From contig OY762897.2 of NCBI GenBank assembly GCA_963666515.2, positions 4,320,001-4,384,000 of the forward strand: a stretch of DNA of 64,000 nt. Reading direction: 5' to 3'. This document shows positions 49,501 through 58,669 of this stretch, one piece after another. This stretch comes from Candidatus Binatia bacterium (lineage in GTDB: Bacteria > Desulfobacterota > Binatia > UBA9968 > JAJDTQ01). The translations under genes and the position numbers were made by a program. How positions within the stretch are numbered: the first letter of the stretch is position 1; every line of letters starts with the position of its first letter. The notes below the pieces were generated by a model. It was not told the origin of the DNA. It saw only the letters and a program-made list of their open reading frames with translations, and searched no databases.

Positions 49501-52500
49501 TTGACGACGACGTGGTTGAAGACACCGAGACCTTCACGGTGGGGTTGAGCGTTTCCGACGCTCCCTCGGGCGTGACGTCCACCGACACGGGCACGGGCAC
49601 GATCAACCGGGTCGCCGGGGGCGGCGGCGACAGCGCGACCGTGACCATCAACGACGCCAGCGCCGACGAGGGCAGCAGCATGACCTTCACGGTGACGCTG
49701 GACAAAGCTGTGCAGGGCGGCCTGAAGGTGACGCCGAGCTATACCAACGTGACCGCTGCGGACGGCGACTATACGGCGAACACGGCCGCGCTGACTTTCA
49801 GCGGCACGGCCAACGAGACCCGGACCTTCACGGTCTCGACCGTTGACGACGACATGGTTGAAGACTCCGAGACCTTCACGGTGGGGTTGAGCGTTTCCGA
49901 CGCTCCCTCGGGCGTGACGTCCACCGACACGGGCACGGGCACGATCAACCGGGTCGCCGGGGGCGGCGGCGACAGCGCGACCGTGACCATCAACGACGCC
50001 AGCGCCGACGAGGGCAGCAGCATGACCTTCACGGTGACGCTGGACAAAGCTGTGCAGGGCGGCCTGACGGTGACGCCGAGCTTCACGGACGTGACGACGG
50101 ACAAGAGCACGGACTACACGGAGAACACGGCGGCGCTGACCTTCACCGGCACGGCCAACGAGACTCGGACCTTCACGGTCTCGACCATCGAAGACACGGC
50201 ACTGGAGGGCAACGAGACCTTCACGGTGGGGTTGAGCGTCTCGGGCGCGCCCTCCGGCGTGACGTCCGCCGACACGGGCACGGGGACGATCAACAACGAC
50301 GACGGCACGACGGTGACGCTGAGCGACGCGAACGCGGGCGAAGGCGAGTCCATGACCTTCACGGTGACGCTGTCCAAGGCTGTGCAGGGGGGTCTGACGG
50401 TGACGCCGTCGTACACGGACGTGACGGCGGTGGAGGGCACGGATTACGGCGCGAACACGACGGCGTTGACCTTCACGGGGACGGCGAACGAGAGCAGGAC
50501 GTTCACGGTCTCGACCACGGAGGACACAGTGGTGGAGGGGGACGAGACCTTCACGGTGGGGTTGAGCGTCTCGGGCGCGCCCTCCGGCGTGACGTCCACC
50601 GACACGGGCACGGGGACGATCAAGGACGACGACAGCACGGAGATCACCCTGACCGTGAATCCAGCGAGCGTGGATGAGAACGCCGGGGCGACGGCGGTGA
50701 CGGTGAAGGCTGCCACCGACGGGGACACGTTCAAGACCGCCCGCACGGTGACGGTGAGCGTGGGCGACAGCGCCGACAGCGCGGATTCGGGCACGGACTA
50801 CGCGGCAGTGAGCGATTTCACCATCACGATCACCGCCGGTCAGACCGGCGGGACGGGGACGTTCACGCTGACGCCGACGGACGACACGGAGATCGAGGGT
50901 GACGAGGCGATCACGGTAGCGGGCGCGTCCACCGGCCTGACGGTCAACGGGACCAGCGTGACTCTGGCGGACGACGATTTCGACATTTCGTCGGCGGCGA
51001 CCTTTGCGGACGCCGAGGCGGTGGAGGGGGAGCCCCTGACGTTCACGGTGACGCTGAACAACGGGGTGAAGAACGGGTTCGAGGTGACGCCGGTGATCAC
51101 CGGGGGGACGGCGACGTCGGGGCAGGACTACAAGACGGAGTTGAGTCCGTCGCTGCTGGTGTTCGCGGGCACGGCTGGGGAGCAGCAGACGTTCACGGTC
51201 ACGACCATCGACGACCGGGTGGTGGAGCACGAGGAGACGGTGACGGTGAGCTTCACGGTATCGGACACACGTGTGAGCGGGGTGCCGGATTCGGCGCTGG
51301 GATTGATCGTGGACAACGACGTGGCGAGGCTGAAGATAAGCAACGCTCGTGCGGAGGAGGGGGATTCACTGACGTTCACGATGACGTTGAGCAACACGGT
51401 ATCGGGAGGATTCAAGGCGCGGCCGGTTTTCATGGACGGGACCGCGGTTGAAGGATCGGACTACCAGGGGAACCGACCGACGCTGGAGTTTTCGGGGACG
51501 TCCGGAGAGAGCCGGTCGGTGACGGTTCCGAGCCTTGAGGACGGTGTTGTGGAGCCCGAGGAGTGGTTCAACATAGGGCTTTCGATATCGGGGGCGCCGG
51601 GGGGTTTGCGTGTAGGAGCTGGGGTTGGAGTGATCGAGGACGACGACGAGGCGGTTCTGACGGTATCGGATGCGCGTGGGGAGGAGGGAGAAGGGCTGGT
51701 ATTCACGGTGACGCTGGACAACGAGGTCCAGTCGGGCTTCACGGTGCGGCCGGTTTTCACGGACGGAAGCGCGGAGGAAGGGTCGGACTACCGGGAGAAC
51801 CGTCCGGCGTTGGAGTTTTCGGGGACGGCGGGAGAGAGCCATACGTTCGAGGTGTCGAGCCTTGAGGACGGTGTGGTGGAGTACGACGAGGACTTCACGG
51901 TGGGTCTGGATACGACGGAGGTTCCTGCCGGGGTCAAGGTTGTGAGCGGGGTAGGAGTGATCGAGGACGACGACGAGGCGGTGTTGACGGTTTCGGACGC
52001 GAGCGCGAAGGAGGGGGAAGCGCTGGTATTCACGGTGACGCTGGACAGTGCGGTTCAGTCGGGCTTCACGGTGCGGCCGGTGTTCACGGACGGGAGTGCG
52101 GAGGAAGGGGTGGACTACACGGAGAACCGTCCGGCGCTGGAGTTTTCGGGCGTGGCGGGAGAGAGCCGTACGTTCGAGGTCATGAGCCTTGAGGACGCGG
52201 TGGTGGAGTACAATGAGGAGTTCACGGTGAGTCTGGACCTGACGGAGGGGCCGGGGGGGTTGCAGACGGGGGCGGCGGGGACGGGGACGATCGAGGATGG
52301 GACGGAGACGGTGGTGAGGGTGTCGGACGCACGGGCGGAGGAGGGGGAGGACCTGGTTTTCACGGTGACGCTGGAGAATGCGGTGGTGGGGGGTGTGACG
52401 GTGACGCCGAGCTACGCGGACGGGACGGCGTTGGAGGGGACGGATTACACGGAGAACGTGGCGGCGCTGACGTTTGCGGGGACGGCGGGTGAGAGCCACG

Positions 52501-54458
52501 CGATAACGGTGTCGAGCTTAGAGGACGGGTTGGTGGAAGGGGACGAGACGTTCACGTTGAGGGTGGGCGTGACGGAGGCGCCGGCGGGGGTGAAGGGTTC
52601 GGAGGGGACGGGCACGGTGGCGGACGACGACCGCGCGGGAGCGGGAGTGGAAGTCACGGTGACGGACGTGACGGTGGAGGAGGGCTCACCGCTGGTCTTC
52701 ACGGTGAGCCTGGCGCAGGCGGTGCCGGACAACATCGTGACGCTACGATACGCGACGCATGACGGCACGGCCCATGCAGGACAGGACTACACCGCGGTTT
52801 CGGGCACGTTCACGTTTGCGGCAGGGGAGACGAAGAAGACGGTGGAGGTTGCGACGTTGGACGACGAGTTCGATGAGGGCTCGGAGACGATGGAGTTGCG
52901 GCTGAGCGATGCAGTGAACGGGAAGCTGGAAGACCCGGTAGGGGTGGGGACGATCGAGAACGACGATCCGTTGCCGTCGGCGTGGCTGGCGCGGTTCGGG
53001 CGGACGGTGGGAGAGCACGTGATGGGGGCGATCGACGCCCGGCTGCACGGGGACTCGACGGGCTCACACCTGACGGTGGGGGGAGTGACGGCGCAGAAGC
53101 CCGAGGAGGGCGAGGGCCGGCGGCCGGTGGGACCGTCCGGGCCGTCGGGGGCCGGAGAGTGGGAGGGCCTGGCGAGGGGCGAAGGGAAGGGAGCCGGCTG
53201 GCCAGGGCCTCTGGGGGACGGAGCGTTCGGGTCCGGTACGGCCGGGTTCGGTGCAGCCGGGTCCGGAGCGAAGGTGATGACGACACGGGAGTTGTTGGCG
53301 AGCAGCGCGTTCCGCTGGCGGCTGGGCGGGTCTGAGGAGGGCTCGGTTTCGGGCATGCGGTGGACGAGTTGGGGGAGTGGCGCGGCGACGCGCTTCGACG
53401 GACGGGAGCGTTCGGTGTCGCTGGACGGCGAGGTGGTTGGGATGACGCTGGGTGTGGACGCGGAGTGGGGCCCCTGGACTGCGGGGATGGCGGCTGCGTA
53501 CAACGACGGCCGCGGCTCGTATGACGACGCCAAGAGCGGAAATAGCGGCAAGACCTGGAGCACGCTGACGAGTGTACACCCGTACGTTCGCTGGCAGAAG
53601 GAGGGTCTGTCGGTGTGGGGTTTGTTGGGTCACGGCCAGGGAGAGTACGCAGTGGCTCCGGGGGAGGGGGATGAGACGGTTCGGACGGACATGGGGATGA
53701 ACATGGCGGGAGTGGGTGCTCGTCGGACGCTGGCGCCGGTGTCAGGGGGAGTGGAGTTGGCGTTGCGCGCGGACGGGATGTTCGTGTGGATGAACTCGGA
53801 CGCGGTAGCGGGGCGGTTGCAGGAGACGCGGACGGAGACGCGCCACCTTCGGCTGCTGCTGGAGGGGAGCCGGAGTTTCGGGGTGGGGAATGGAGGAGTG
53901 CTGACGCCGACGCTGGAGGCGGGGGTTCGCCACGACGCGGGGGACGCGGAGAGGGGATTCGGGTTGGAGGTGAACGCTCGGGTGCGCTACGAGGACGTGG
54001 CGCGGGGGCTGACGGTGGAGGCCCGGGGCCGCGGCATGTTTGCGCACGAGGTGAAGGGTTACGAGGTTTGGGGAGCGAGCGGGTCCGTGGTCCTGGATCC
54101 TGGGTCCGACCGTCTGGGGCTGTCGTTGCGGGTGCAGCCGTCGTGGGGAGAGCCGGAGAGCGGTGTGGAGAGCCTGTGGGACCAGGGAGCCTCGGAAGAC
54201 GGGAGTCCGGCCGGAATCGGGACGGGAGTGCGTCTGGACACGGAGTTGGGCTACGGCCTGCCGGTGCTGGAGGGACGCGGGGTGTTCACGCTCCAGACCG
54301 GGTTCGGTATGGACGACGGCGGCGCGCACAGGTTGCGCGTGGGCGGTGTGCTGGACACCGACAACGGGTTCGAGCTGAGCCTGTCGGGCGAACAGACGGT
54401 GCCGCACGAGGGTGAGCCGGACTACGAGGTCGTGCTGAGCGCCCGCTTCGCCTTGTAG
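43581..54458 (+). CDS. Giant Calx-beta repeat adhesin with C-terminal autotransporter-like beta-barrel (3625 aa)
   Basis: Signal peptide ending PAAA-Q; many ~110-aa ATEGTDY...DD..VEGDET units; WLARFGRTV linker; RHDAGDAE barrel motif. Confidence 0.92.
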   Translation: MTDSIQALTTVASRKRASACCCDPATATRGSARLPRWVLGMRFPRIAVALFAALVAIGLTAVPAAAQITVNLSTSVTSWNEGAGATQVTVTVSSDYSFIVPMVTTVYVGYNTDGATEGTDYNTVNSFAITIPADNNTKSATGTFTLTPKQDALFEGDETIKVGGVTNQSDISVNSTNITLTDDDVRLTASVASMNEGDAARTVTVTATAGTATSAKRGIGIYIGGNNDSATEGTDYATVAEHTINIEANQTTGSTSFTLTPTQDNSAEGDESLSITGWFAGGGSTVGTSIAIYDDDYSLSVNPSSLDEDAGTRQVTVTACCGTAAGARSVRVKVGQSGDSFKEGTDYETVRDFDITIAANATNGTGTFNLALQDDGVYEFTKTITIAGTSSHGSVTGTSISIHDDDADPAVSLELAVTSASEAGGAKTVKVTAYNRLDTYDSSWEVDVEVGKTGDSATEGTDYATVADFTIRSAKPGDTWASTSFTLTPTNDTAIEGTERISVTGTTLIGNAKVGTAFLSLTDDDATSIALSANKSSVSEGASATTVTVTATAAKNLSAAAAVTVYVGDSGTADYGIDYAKVSDFTINIASGSKTGTGTFTLTPTDDSAVEGNETIGIGGSVTGHSLTGTSLTLSDNDTHAITLSASPTSVAEDASATSVTVTATAASAISSARTVAVAVGGSGTATSGTDYAAVSNFDITIAANATSGTGTFTLTPTDDSSVEGDETIGIAGSGTSLTVTGTSLTLSEDDTYAITLSASPTSVAENASGTSVTVTATAGSAISSARTVTVAVGGSGDGATEGTDYATVNDFTVTIAANATSGTGTFTLTPTQDTSAEGDETVGITGSGTLMTVTGTSLAITDDDVRTISLSSNKSTVAEGAGATTVTVTATANSAVTESTTVTVSVGDSEDGATSGTDYTAVDDFTVTIAKDATTGTGTFTLTPTDDSTYEAEESVSVSGSSSPHTVTGTSLAIGNNDGIGITLSLSPTSVVEGAGSTSVTVTATATKTALAAITLDVQVGKTTDSATEGTDYPTVNDFTLTIAKGSKTGTATFKIIPNADKKTSESNETISVDGTGSPHTVTGASLTLTNATASNPITLSVSPSSLGEAAGETTVTVTARMQTSFKGAGDVTVTVGGSGSAKSGTDYAAVSDIELSFSADSPTTATGTFKLTPTNDSLVESNETVWVDGSSDYGQVVGASVTINDNDGAAVTLSANKTSVSEGASATSVTVTATASAASSNARTVTVAVGQNGDGAIEGTDYSEVSNFAITIAANKTSGTGTFTLTPTQDDVVEGSESLTISGSGSQLNVSSTSISLTDDDTAPAVNLSVSPASVTEGASDPLNLEGGGKTVTVTAAFSPAKTYAYDRTVAVSVGGSGSATSGTDYDAVSNFNVKISAGQKSGTATFDLKSTDDSDYEGDETIGVAGTSTGLTVNSVNLTLADNDSAAVTVNDASAEEGSSMTFTVTLDKAVQGGLKVTPSYTNVTAADADYTANTTALTFSGTANETHTFTVSTVDDEVVEDTETFTVGLSVSDAPSGVTSTDTGTGTINRVAGSGGDTAAVTINDASAEEGSSMTFTVTLDKAVQGGLKVTPSYTNVTAADGDYTANTAALTFTGTANETRTFTVSTVDDDVVEDTETFTVGLSVSDAPSGVTSTDTGTGTINRVAGGGGDSATVTINDASADEGSSMTFTVTLDKAVQGGLKVTPSYTNVTAADGDYTANTAALTFSGTANETRTFTVSTVDDDVVEDSETFTVGLSVSDAPSGVTSTDTGTGTINRVAGGGGDSATVTINDASADEGSSMTFTVTLDKAVQGGLKVTPSYTNVTAADGDYTANTTALTFSGTANETHTFTVSTVDDEVVEDTETFTVGLSVSDAPSGVTSTDTGTGTINRVAGSGGDTAAVTINDASAEEGSSMTFTVTLDKAVQGGLKVTPSYTNVTAADGDYTANTAALTFTGTANETRTFTVSTVDDDVVEDTETFTVGLSVSDAPSGVTSTDTGTGTINRVAGGGGDSATVTINDASADEGSSMTFTVTLDKAVQGGLKVTPSYTNVTAADGDYTANTAALTFSGTANETRTFTVSTVDDDMVEDSETFTVGLSVSDAPSGVTSTDTGTGTINRVAGGGGDSATVTINDASADEGSSMTFTVTLDKAVQGGLTVTPSFTDVTTDKSTDYTENTAALTFTGTANETRTFTVSTIEDTALEGNETFTVGLSVSGAPSGVTSADTGTGTINNDDGTTVTLSDANAGEGESMTFTVTLSKAVQGGLTVTPSYTDVTAVEGTDYGANTTALTFTGTANESRTFTVSTTEDTVVEGDETFTVGLSVSGAPSGVTSTDTGTGTIKDDDSTEITLTVNPASVDENAGATAVTVKAATDGDTFKTARTVTVSVGDSADSADSGTDYAAVSDFTITITAGQTGGTGTFTLTPTDDTEIEGDEAITVAGASTGLTVNGTSVTLADDDFDISSAATFADAEAVEGEPLTFTVTLNNGVKNGFEVTPVITGGTATSGQDYKTELSPSLLVFAGTAGEQQTFTVTTIDDRVVEHEETVTVSFTVSDTRVSGVPDSALGLIVDNDVARLKISNARAEEGDSLTFTMTLSNTVSGGFKARPVFMDGTAVEGSDYQGNRPTLEFSGTSGESRSVTVPSLEDGVVEPEEWFNIGLSISGAPGGLRVGAGVGVIEDDDEAVLTVSDARGEEGEGLVFTVTLDNEVQSGFTVRPVFTDGSAEEGSDYRENRPALEFSGTAGESHTFEVSSLEDGVVEYDEDFTVGLDTTEVPAGVKVVSGVGVIEDDDEAVLTVSDASAKEGEALVFTVTLDSAVQSGFTVRPVFTDGSAEEGVDYTENRPALEFSGVAGESRTFEVMSLEDAVVEYNEEFTVSLDLTEGPGGLQTGAAGTGTIEDGTETVVRVSDARAEEGEDLVFTVTLENAVVGGVTVTPSYADGTALEGTDYTENVAALTFAGTAGESHAITVSSLEDGLVEGDETFTLRVGVTEAPAGVKGSEGTGTVADDDRAGAGVEVTVTDVTVEEGSPLVFTVSLAQAVPDNIVTLRYATHDGTAHAGQDYTAVSGTFTFAAGETKKTVEVATLDDEFDEGSETMELRLSDAVNGKLEDPVGVGTIENDDPLPSAWLARFGRTVGEHVMGAIDARLHGDSTGSHLTVGGVTAQKPEEGEGRRPVGPSGPSGAGEWEGLARGEGKGAGWPGPLGDGAFGSGTAGFGAAGSGAKVMTTRELLASSAFRWRLGGSEEGSVSGMRWTSWGSGAATRFDGRERSVSLDGEVVGMTLGVDAEWGPWTAGMAAAYNDGRGSYDDAKSGNSGKTWSTLTSVHPYVRWQKEGLSVWGLLGHGQGEYAVAPGEGDETVRTDMGMNMAGVGARRTLAPVSGGVELALRADGMFVWMNSDAVAGRLQETRTETRHLRLLLEGSRSFGVGNGGVLTPTLEAGVRHDAGDAERGFGLEVNARVRYEDVARGLTVEARGRGMFAHEVKGYEVWGASGSVVLDPGSDRLGLSLRVQPSWGEPESGVESLWDQGASEDGSPAGIGTGVRLDTELGYGLPVLEGRGVFTLQTGFGMDDGGAHRLRVGGVLDTDNGFELSLSGEQTVPHEGEPDYEVVLSARFAL
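47931..49982 (+). repeat. Six near-identical 342-bp coding tandem repeats (ABC-ABC)
   Basis: Unit starts at 47931, 48273, 48615, 48957, 49299 and 49641. Confidence 0.92.
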
Positions 54459-54535
54459 AGAACAGCCTGAATCCTGGCGTCCTCCGCGCCCTCCGAAAGC
54501 ACTGGCGCCGAACTCTCAACCGGTGATACCATGCT

Positions 54536-55441
54536 ATGTTGGTGAGACACAACGTTCGACGCAACAAGGGATACGTGGCCGCCAGCTTGGCGCTCACGCT
54601 ATGGGCGGTGGTAGCACTTTCCCCAGCCGCCGCGGCGGACGACCCGGTAGCGCGGGGCAAGTACCTTGTCCGGGCCGGTCTGTGCGTCGCCTGCCACACC
54701 GATTTCAAGAACAAGGGCGCCGAGCTTGCCGGCGGTTACGCCATCGAGGTGCCCTTCGGCACCATCTACAGCACCAACATCACGCCGGACCCGGAAACCG
54801 GCATCGGCGATTGGAGCGACGAGGAATTTCTCCGGGCCATGCGCGAGGGCGTCGGCCGCCGTGGCCAGCACCTCTTCCCCGCCTTTCCCTACACCTCCTT
54901 CACTCGCATGACCGACGAGGACATCCTGGCCATCAAGGCCTCCCTGTCCACGGTCAAGCCCGTGCACAGGGAGAACCGGGAGCCTGAGCTGACCGTGCCT
55001 TTCAACTGGCGTTTCCTGCTGGCGGGCTGGAAGTGGCGCTATTTCGAGGAAGGCCCGTGGACGCCAGACCCCGGCAAGCCGGCGCAGTGGAACCGGGGCG
55101 CCTATCTCGTCCAGGCGGTCACGCACTGCGCCGAGTGCCACACTCCGCGCGATTGGGCCGGAGGACTGGACCGGGAGCTTCTGATGGCGGGTGCCGCCGA
55201 CGGACCCGAGGGCGAGACCGCCCCCAACATCACCGCGCACCCGAGGACCGGCCTAAGCGACTGGTCCGTGGAGGACATGGTGGAGCTGCTGAAGAGCAGC
55301 TACAAGCCGGACGGCGACAACGTCCAGGGCCTGATGGAGCGCGTCATCATCCACGGCTACGAGCACATGACCGACGAGGACCTCACCGCCATCGCCGTCT
55401 ACCTGCGCTCGCTGCCGCCCATCGACAACCGGATCGATTGA
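54536..55441 (+). CDS. Diheme c-type cytochrome
   Basis: CVACH and CAECH; NITPDPETGIG; signal peptide. Confidence 0.92.
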   Translation: MLVRHNVRRNKGYVAASLALTLWAVVALSPAAAADDPVARGKYLVRAGLCVACHTDFKNKGAELAGGYAIEVPFGTIYSTNITPDPETGIGDWSDEEFLRAMREGVGRRGQHLFPAFPYTSFTRMTDEDILAIKASLSTVKPVHRENREPELTVPFNWRFLLAGWKWRYFEEGPWTPDPGKPAQWNRGAYLVQAVTHCAECHTPRDWAGGLDRELLMAGAADGPEGETAPNITAHPRTGLSDWSVEDMVELLKSSYKPDGDNVQGLMERVIIHGYEHMTDEDLTAIAVYLRSLPPIDNRID

Positions 55442-55832
55442 ACGGAGACCTTGCCCGCGGCGAGCGGTTCGTCAGGGTCCCGTGGGTTTCCCTGCCTGCG
55501 CTGTTCATCTTCCCACTGCAACGCGGCGTCCCGTGTCGTGCGCAGGCCCACTTGCAGGATGTGCCCTTTTTCCCAACCGTCTTTCTGCCTGTGCTCGGCT
55601 TCTCGACGATCGATGCCGTCGCTGATGTTCGGATTGTCAGAAAGTGCCACTCAAATGCGACCTCCCTCCGCCAACAGACAGCGATCGTAATATATCGTAT
55701 GATCCAATAAACTGCAACCGCAGAGCCTTGGACTCGCCTCCTCGCACACCTACCCTCGGCCTCGACGGAAGCGGCGTTCCCAGGTGCCACTCCGAACCCA
55801 GGAACACATAGGCAAGCAAACCGCTTAGGCTC

Positions 55833-56834
55833 CTAGTGCCCCGGGTCGTTACCCAAGCCCAGGAGCCGTGCTGCGTTTCCCCCGCAAACCGCGTCGGAGC
55901 CGCCCAGCCCGGCCTGCTCCAGCAGGTCCAGCGGGTCGCTTTCACCCATGTCGTAGGGATAATCGGTGCCCAGCAGGAGCCGTTCTTCGCCGGCGAGGTC
56001 TCGCAGGAAGGCGAGCATGCGGGGGTCGTGCAGGATGGTGTCGAAGTAGAAGCGGCGGAAGTACGTCTCCGGGTCGCCGGGGACCGCGCGGGCCGCCGCC
56101 ACCGCGCCGTGGCCGTGGACCACGCGGCCAAGAAGGTAGGGGAGGGCGCCGCCTCCGTGCACCAGGCAGATGTTGAGGGAGGGGTGGCGCTCCAGCACGC
56201 CGCCGAGGATCAGCGATGCGGCGGCGATGGCGGTGTCCATGGGATTGCCCACCAGGTTGTTCATGTAATACCGGCTGAGCCGCTCCGGGGCCGCGACCCG
56301 GTGCGGATGCAGTTGCACCAGCACGCCCATGTCGGCGGCGCATTCAAAGAAGGGTTGGAACGCCTCGTCGTCCAGGTTGACCCCGTTGATGTGGGTGCCG
56401 ATCTCCACCATGCGGATGCCCAGGACATCCACGGCGTAGCGGAGTTCCTCCACCGCGGCGCGGGCCGACTGCATGGGAATCGTGGCCACGGGGATCAATC
56501 CCGGCTCGCCTCGCGCGGCTTCGGCATTGGTTTCGTTGAAGAGCCGAGACACCGCCTGCCCGTGAACGCCCTCCAACTGATACGTCACGATGGTCATGGG
56601 CGGCGACAGCACCTGCCGGTCCAGCCCACGCTCCCGCATGGCGTCGAGGCGTGCCGGCAGGTCGGATAGAAACGGCTGCAACGACGCCGGACGGCCTTCC
56701 CCCACCCGCAGCGTCAACCCGCCGGAGCCGTCCTCCTCGATATGACAGCCGTGCCGGGCGCCGTCCCGGCGCATCCCCTGTATCCACTCGGGCGGGGTGA
56801 AGTGGGCATGGATGTCGATGACTGGCATGGGCAT
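55833..56834 (-). CDS. Amidohydrolase-2 (ACMSD-like decarboxylase)
   Basis: IDIHAH, LHPH, HGGG, GTDYPYDM. Confidence 0.92.
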   Translation of the reverse strand: MPMPVIDIHAHFTPPEWIQGMRRDGARHGCHIEEDGSGGLTLRVGEGRPASLQPFLSDLPARLDAMRERGLDRQVLSPPMTIVTYQLEGVHGQAVSRLFNETNAEAARGEPGLIPVATIPMQSARAAVEELRYAVDVLGIRMVEIGTHINGVNLDDEAFQPFFECAADMGVLVQLHPHRVAAPERLSRYYMNNLVGNPMDTAIAAASLILGGVLERHPSLNICLVHGGGALPYLLGRVVHGHGAVAAARAVPGDPETYFRRFYFDTILHDPRMLAFLRDLAGEERLLLGTDYPYDMGESDPLDLLEQAGLGGSDAVCGGNAARLLGLGNDPGH

Positions 56835-56855
56835 CTTCGCTCTCCCAAGGGCGAT

Positions 56856-57431
56856 TTATTCCTTCTTGGCCATCACGTCGGCAGCGGCCAGGTTCTCGCC
56901 GACCCGGTGGAACGGACGGCCCGAGTCGCTGATGGCGAGGACGACCACGATCTCGTCAGCACGCGGGGCGTCGGGTACGGAGACCTGCATCGAGTCAAAG
57001 TGGCTGAACTTCCAGACGTCGTCCTTGTGGTGCAGCGGGCAATCGATGGCCGTCCCCGGACCCCCGATCTTCGTGGTGGAGGGCATGACCGAACTGGCCG
57101 GCCCGACGATCTCGCGCACCGGCCGGCCAAGCCGCGGATGCATCACCGCGGCGGCGTGCTCCCGCTCTCCCTTCTCGCCGACGATGGCCGCCTTGCCGTA
57201 GCTGTGGACGGCCGCGCCGTCGATGCCCAGCGCGTCGATGGCGCGTTGGGCCAGAAGGCCGCCGAGTTCCGCGCCCGCCTTCTGCAGCTCTTCCAGCTCC
57301 TCGTCGTAGACCCCGGCATAAGGGTTGGCGATGACGGCGATGGCCGCGGCCTGACGCGACGCGGGCTCCACCGGCCGGTCGATTTCGCGCCGGGTCTCCT
57401 CGACTATTGTGACGAGCTTGCGGATCTCCAT
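56856..57431 (-). CDS. Amino acid synthesis family protein (PF06684-like)
   Basis: NPYAG, YGKAAIVG, EREH, SHFD, DAPRADE. Confidence 0.88.
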   Translation of the reverse strand: MEIRKLVTIVEETRREIDRPVEPASRQAAAIAVIANPYAGVYDEELEELQKAGAELGGLLAQRAIDALGIDGAAVHSYGKAAIVGEKGEREHAAAVMHPRLGRPVREIVGPASSVMPSTTKIGGPGTAIDCPLHHKDDVWKFSHFDSMQVSVPDAPRADEIVVVLAISDSGRPFHRVGENLAAADVMAKKE

Positions 57432-57608
57432 GCGGCTCCCTCCTGGTCGTGACACGGGTTTACGTCACTATGCCATCATCGGTTCCCGTTGCAACGTCTC
57501 GCGCGACGACCTCTCAAGTTCCCGGTTTGACAAGGACCCCCCGATGTTGTTTCTTAGGGAACCCCGAAAAATCGGGCAGATACGGCATTTACGCACAGGA
57601 GGACGGTT

Positions 57609-58586
57609 ATGAGAAAGTGGGTTGCCATCCTGGTGTTGCTGACCCTGGTGGCGTTTGCGCAAGCGGCCACCGTCGCGGCCGCGGACTTTCCCAAGAAGAA
57701 CATCACCATCATCGTCGCGGGGTCTCCCGGCGGTGGTTTCGACCGGCTGGCCCGGGGCATCGGCAGGACCATGCGGAAGTACCTGCCCAAGGGCGTCCAT
57801 CTCGTGGTCAAGAACATCACGGGCGGCGGACTGGTCATCGGCACGGTGGCCATGTACAAGGCCAAGCCCGACGGCTACACGTTGGGCCACCTGTTCACCG
57901 ACGGCATGCTCGGCAAGCAGTTGATCAGCGGCGTGGCCAAGACCGGCTACGACGTCACCAAGTTCACCTACATCGCACGGGTCGGAGCCGAACCCTACAG
58001 CCTCATCGTGGGCAAGAACTCCAAGTTCCATTCCCTTGAAGACCTCCAGAAGGCCAAGCGGGTGAAATGGGGCGTGGAGGGCATCGGCGTGTCGCGCTGG
58101 ATACCGACCTTCGTGACCGCCAAGGAGCTCGGCATCCAGATGGACGTGGTGTCGGGCTACCGCGGCACCAGCGAGGGCATACCGGCCATGATCCGGAACG
58201 ACTTCGACGTCTACCTGCAGCCCATCGACCACCCCACCACCGCCACCTACATCGCGTCGGGCGACGTGAGGCCGATCCTTCACCTGCACAGCGAGAGGCC
58301 GGTGAACGCTCCGAAGACGCCGACGGCCGTGGAGAAGGGGGTCGACCTCCGCCTCTACGTGGGCCGCAGCATCGTGGCGCCTCCGGGCCTGCCCGATGAC
58401 CGGAAGAAGATCCTGGAAGACCTGTTCATGAAGGCCATGACCGATCCGGAGTACAAGGAGTTCCTGGCCAAGTCCAAGAGCCCCATCGTCCCCGGCGACT
58501 CCAAGGTGGCGCAGGCCGACCTGGAAAACTACGTAAAGAGCTACAGCAAGTACACCCAGGCCATGCGCGACGCGTTGCCGAAGTGA
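57609..58586 (+). CDS. tctC: Tripartite tricarboxylate transporter substrate-binding protein
   Basis: Signal peptide; PGGGFDRLAR, KPDGYT. Confidence 0.9.
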   Translation: MRKWVAILVLLTLVAFAQAATVAAADFPKKNITIIVAGSPGGGFDRLARGIGRTMRKYLPKGVHLVVKNITGGGLVIGTVAMYKAKPDGYTLGHLFTDGMLGKQLISGVAKTGYDVTKFTYIARVGAEPYSLIVGKNSKFHSLEDLQKAKRVKWGVEGIGVSRWIPTFVTAKELGIQMDVVSGYRGTSEGIPAMIRNDFDVYLQPIDHPTTATYIASGDVRPILHLHSERPVNAPKTPTAVEKGVDLRLYVGRSIVAPPGLPDDRKKILEDLFMKAMTDPEYKEFLAKSKSPIVPGDSKVAQADLENYVKSYSKYTQAMRDALPK

Positions 58587-58607
58587 CGGCGTTCTAGCCG
58601 CAATCGC

Positions 58608-58643
58608 GGAACGGGGATCCGTCTTCGGAGGGATCCCCGTTCC
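58608..58643 (+). terminator. Stem-loop after tctC
   Basis: 13-bp perfect stem GGAACGGGGATCC / GGATCCCCGTTCC; weak U tract. Confidence 0.55.
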
Positions 58644-58669
58644 TTAGCTCCCACGGAAAGCGAGATCGG

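Noticed and set aside
45723-51230. 1835-aa minus-strand ORF and the repeated 92-aa ORFs
   Set aside because: Antisense shadows of the repetitive high-GC adhesin
43581-54458. DGR target or shufflon
   Set aside because: No reverse transcriptase, adenine-specific TR/VR pair or invertase in the window
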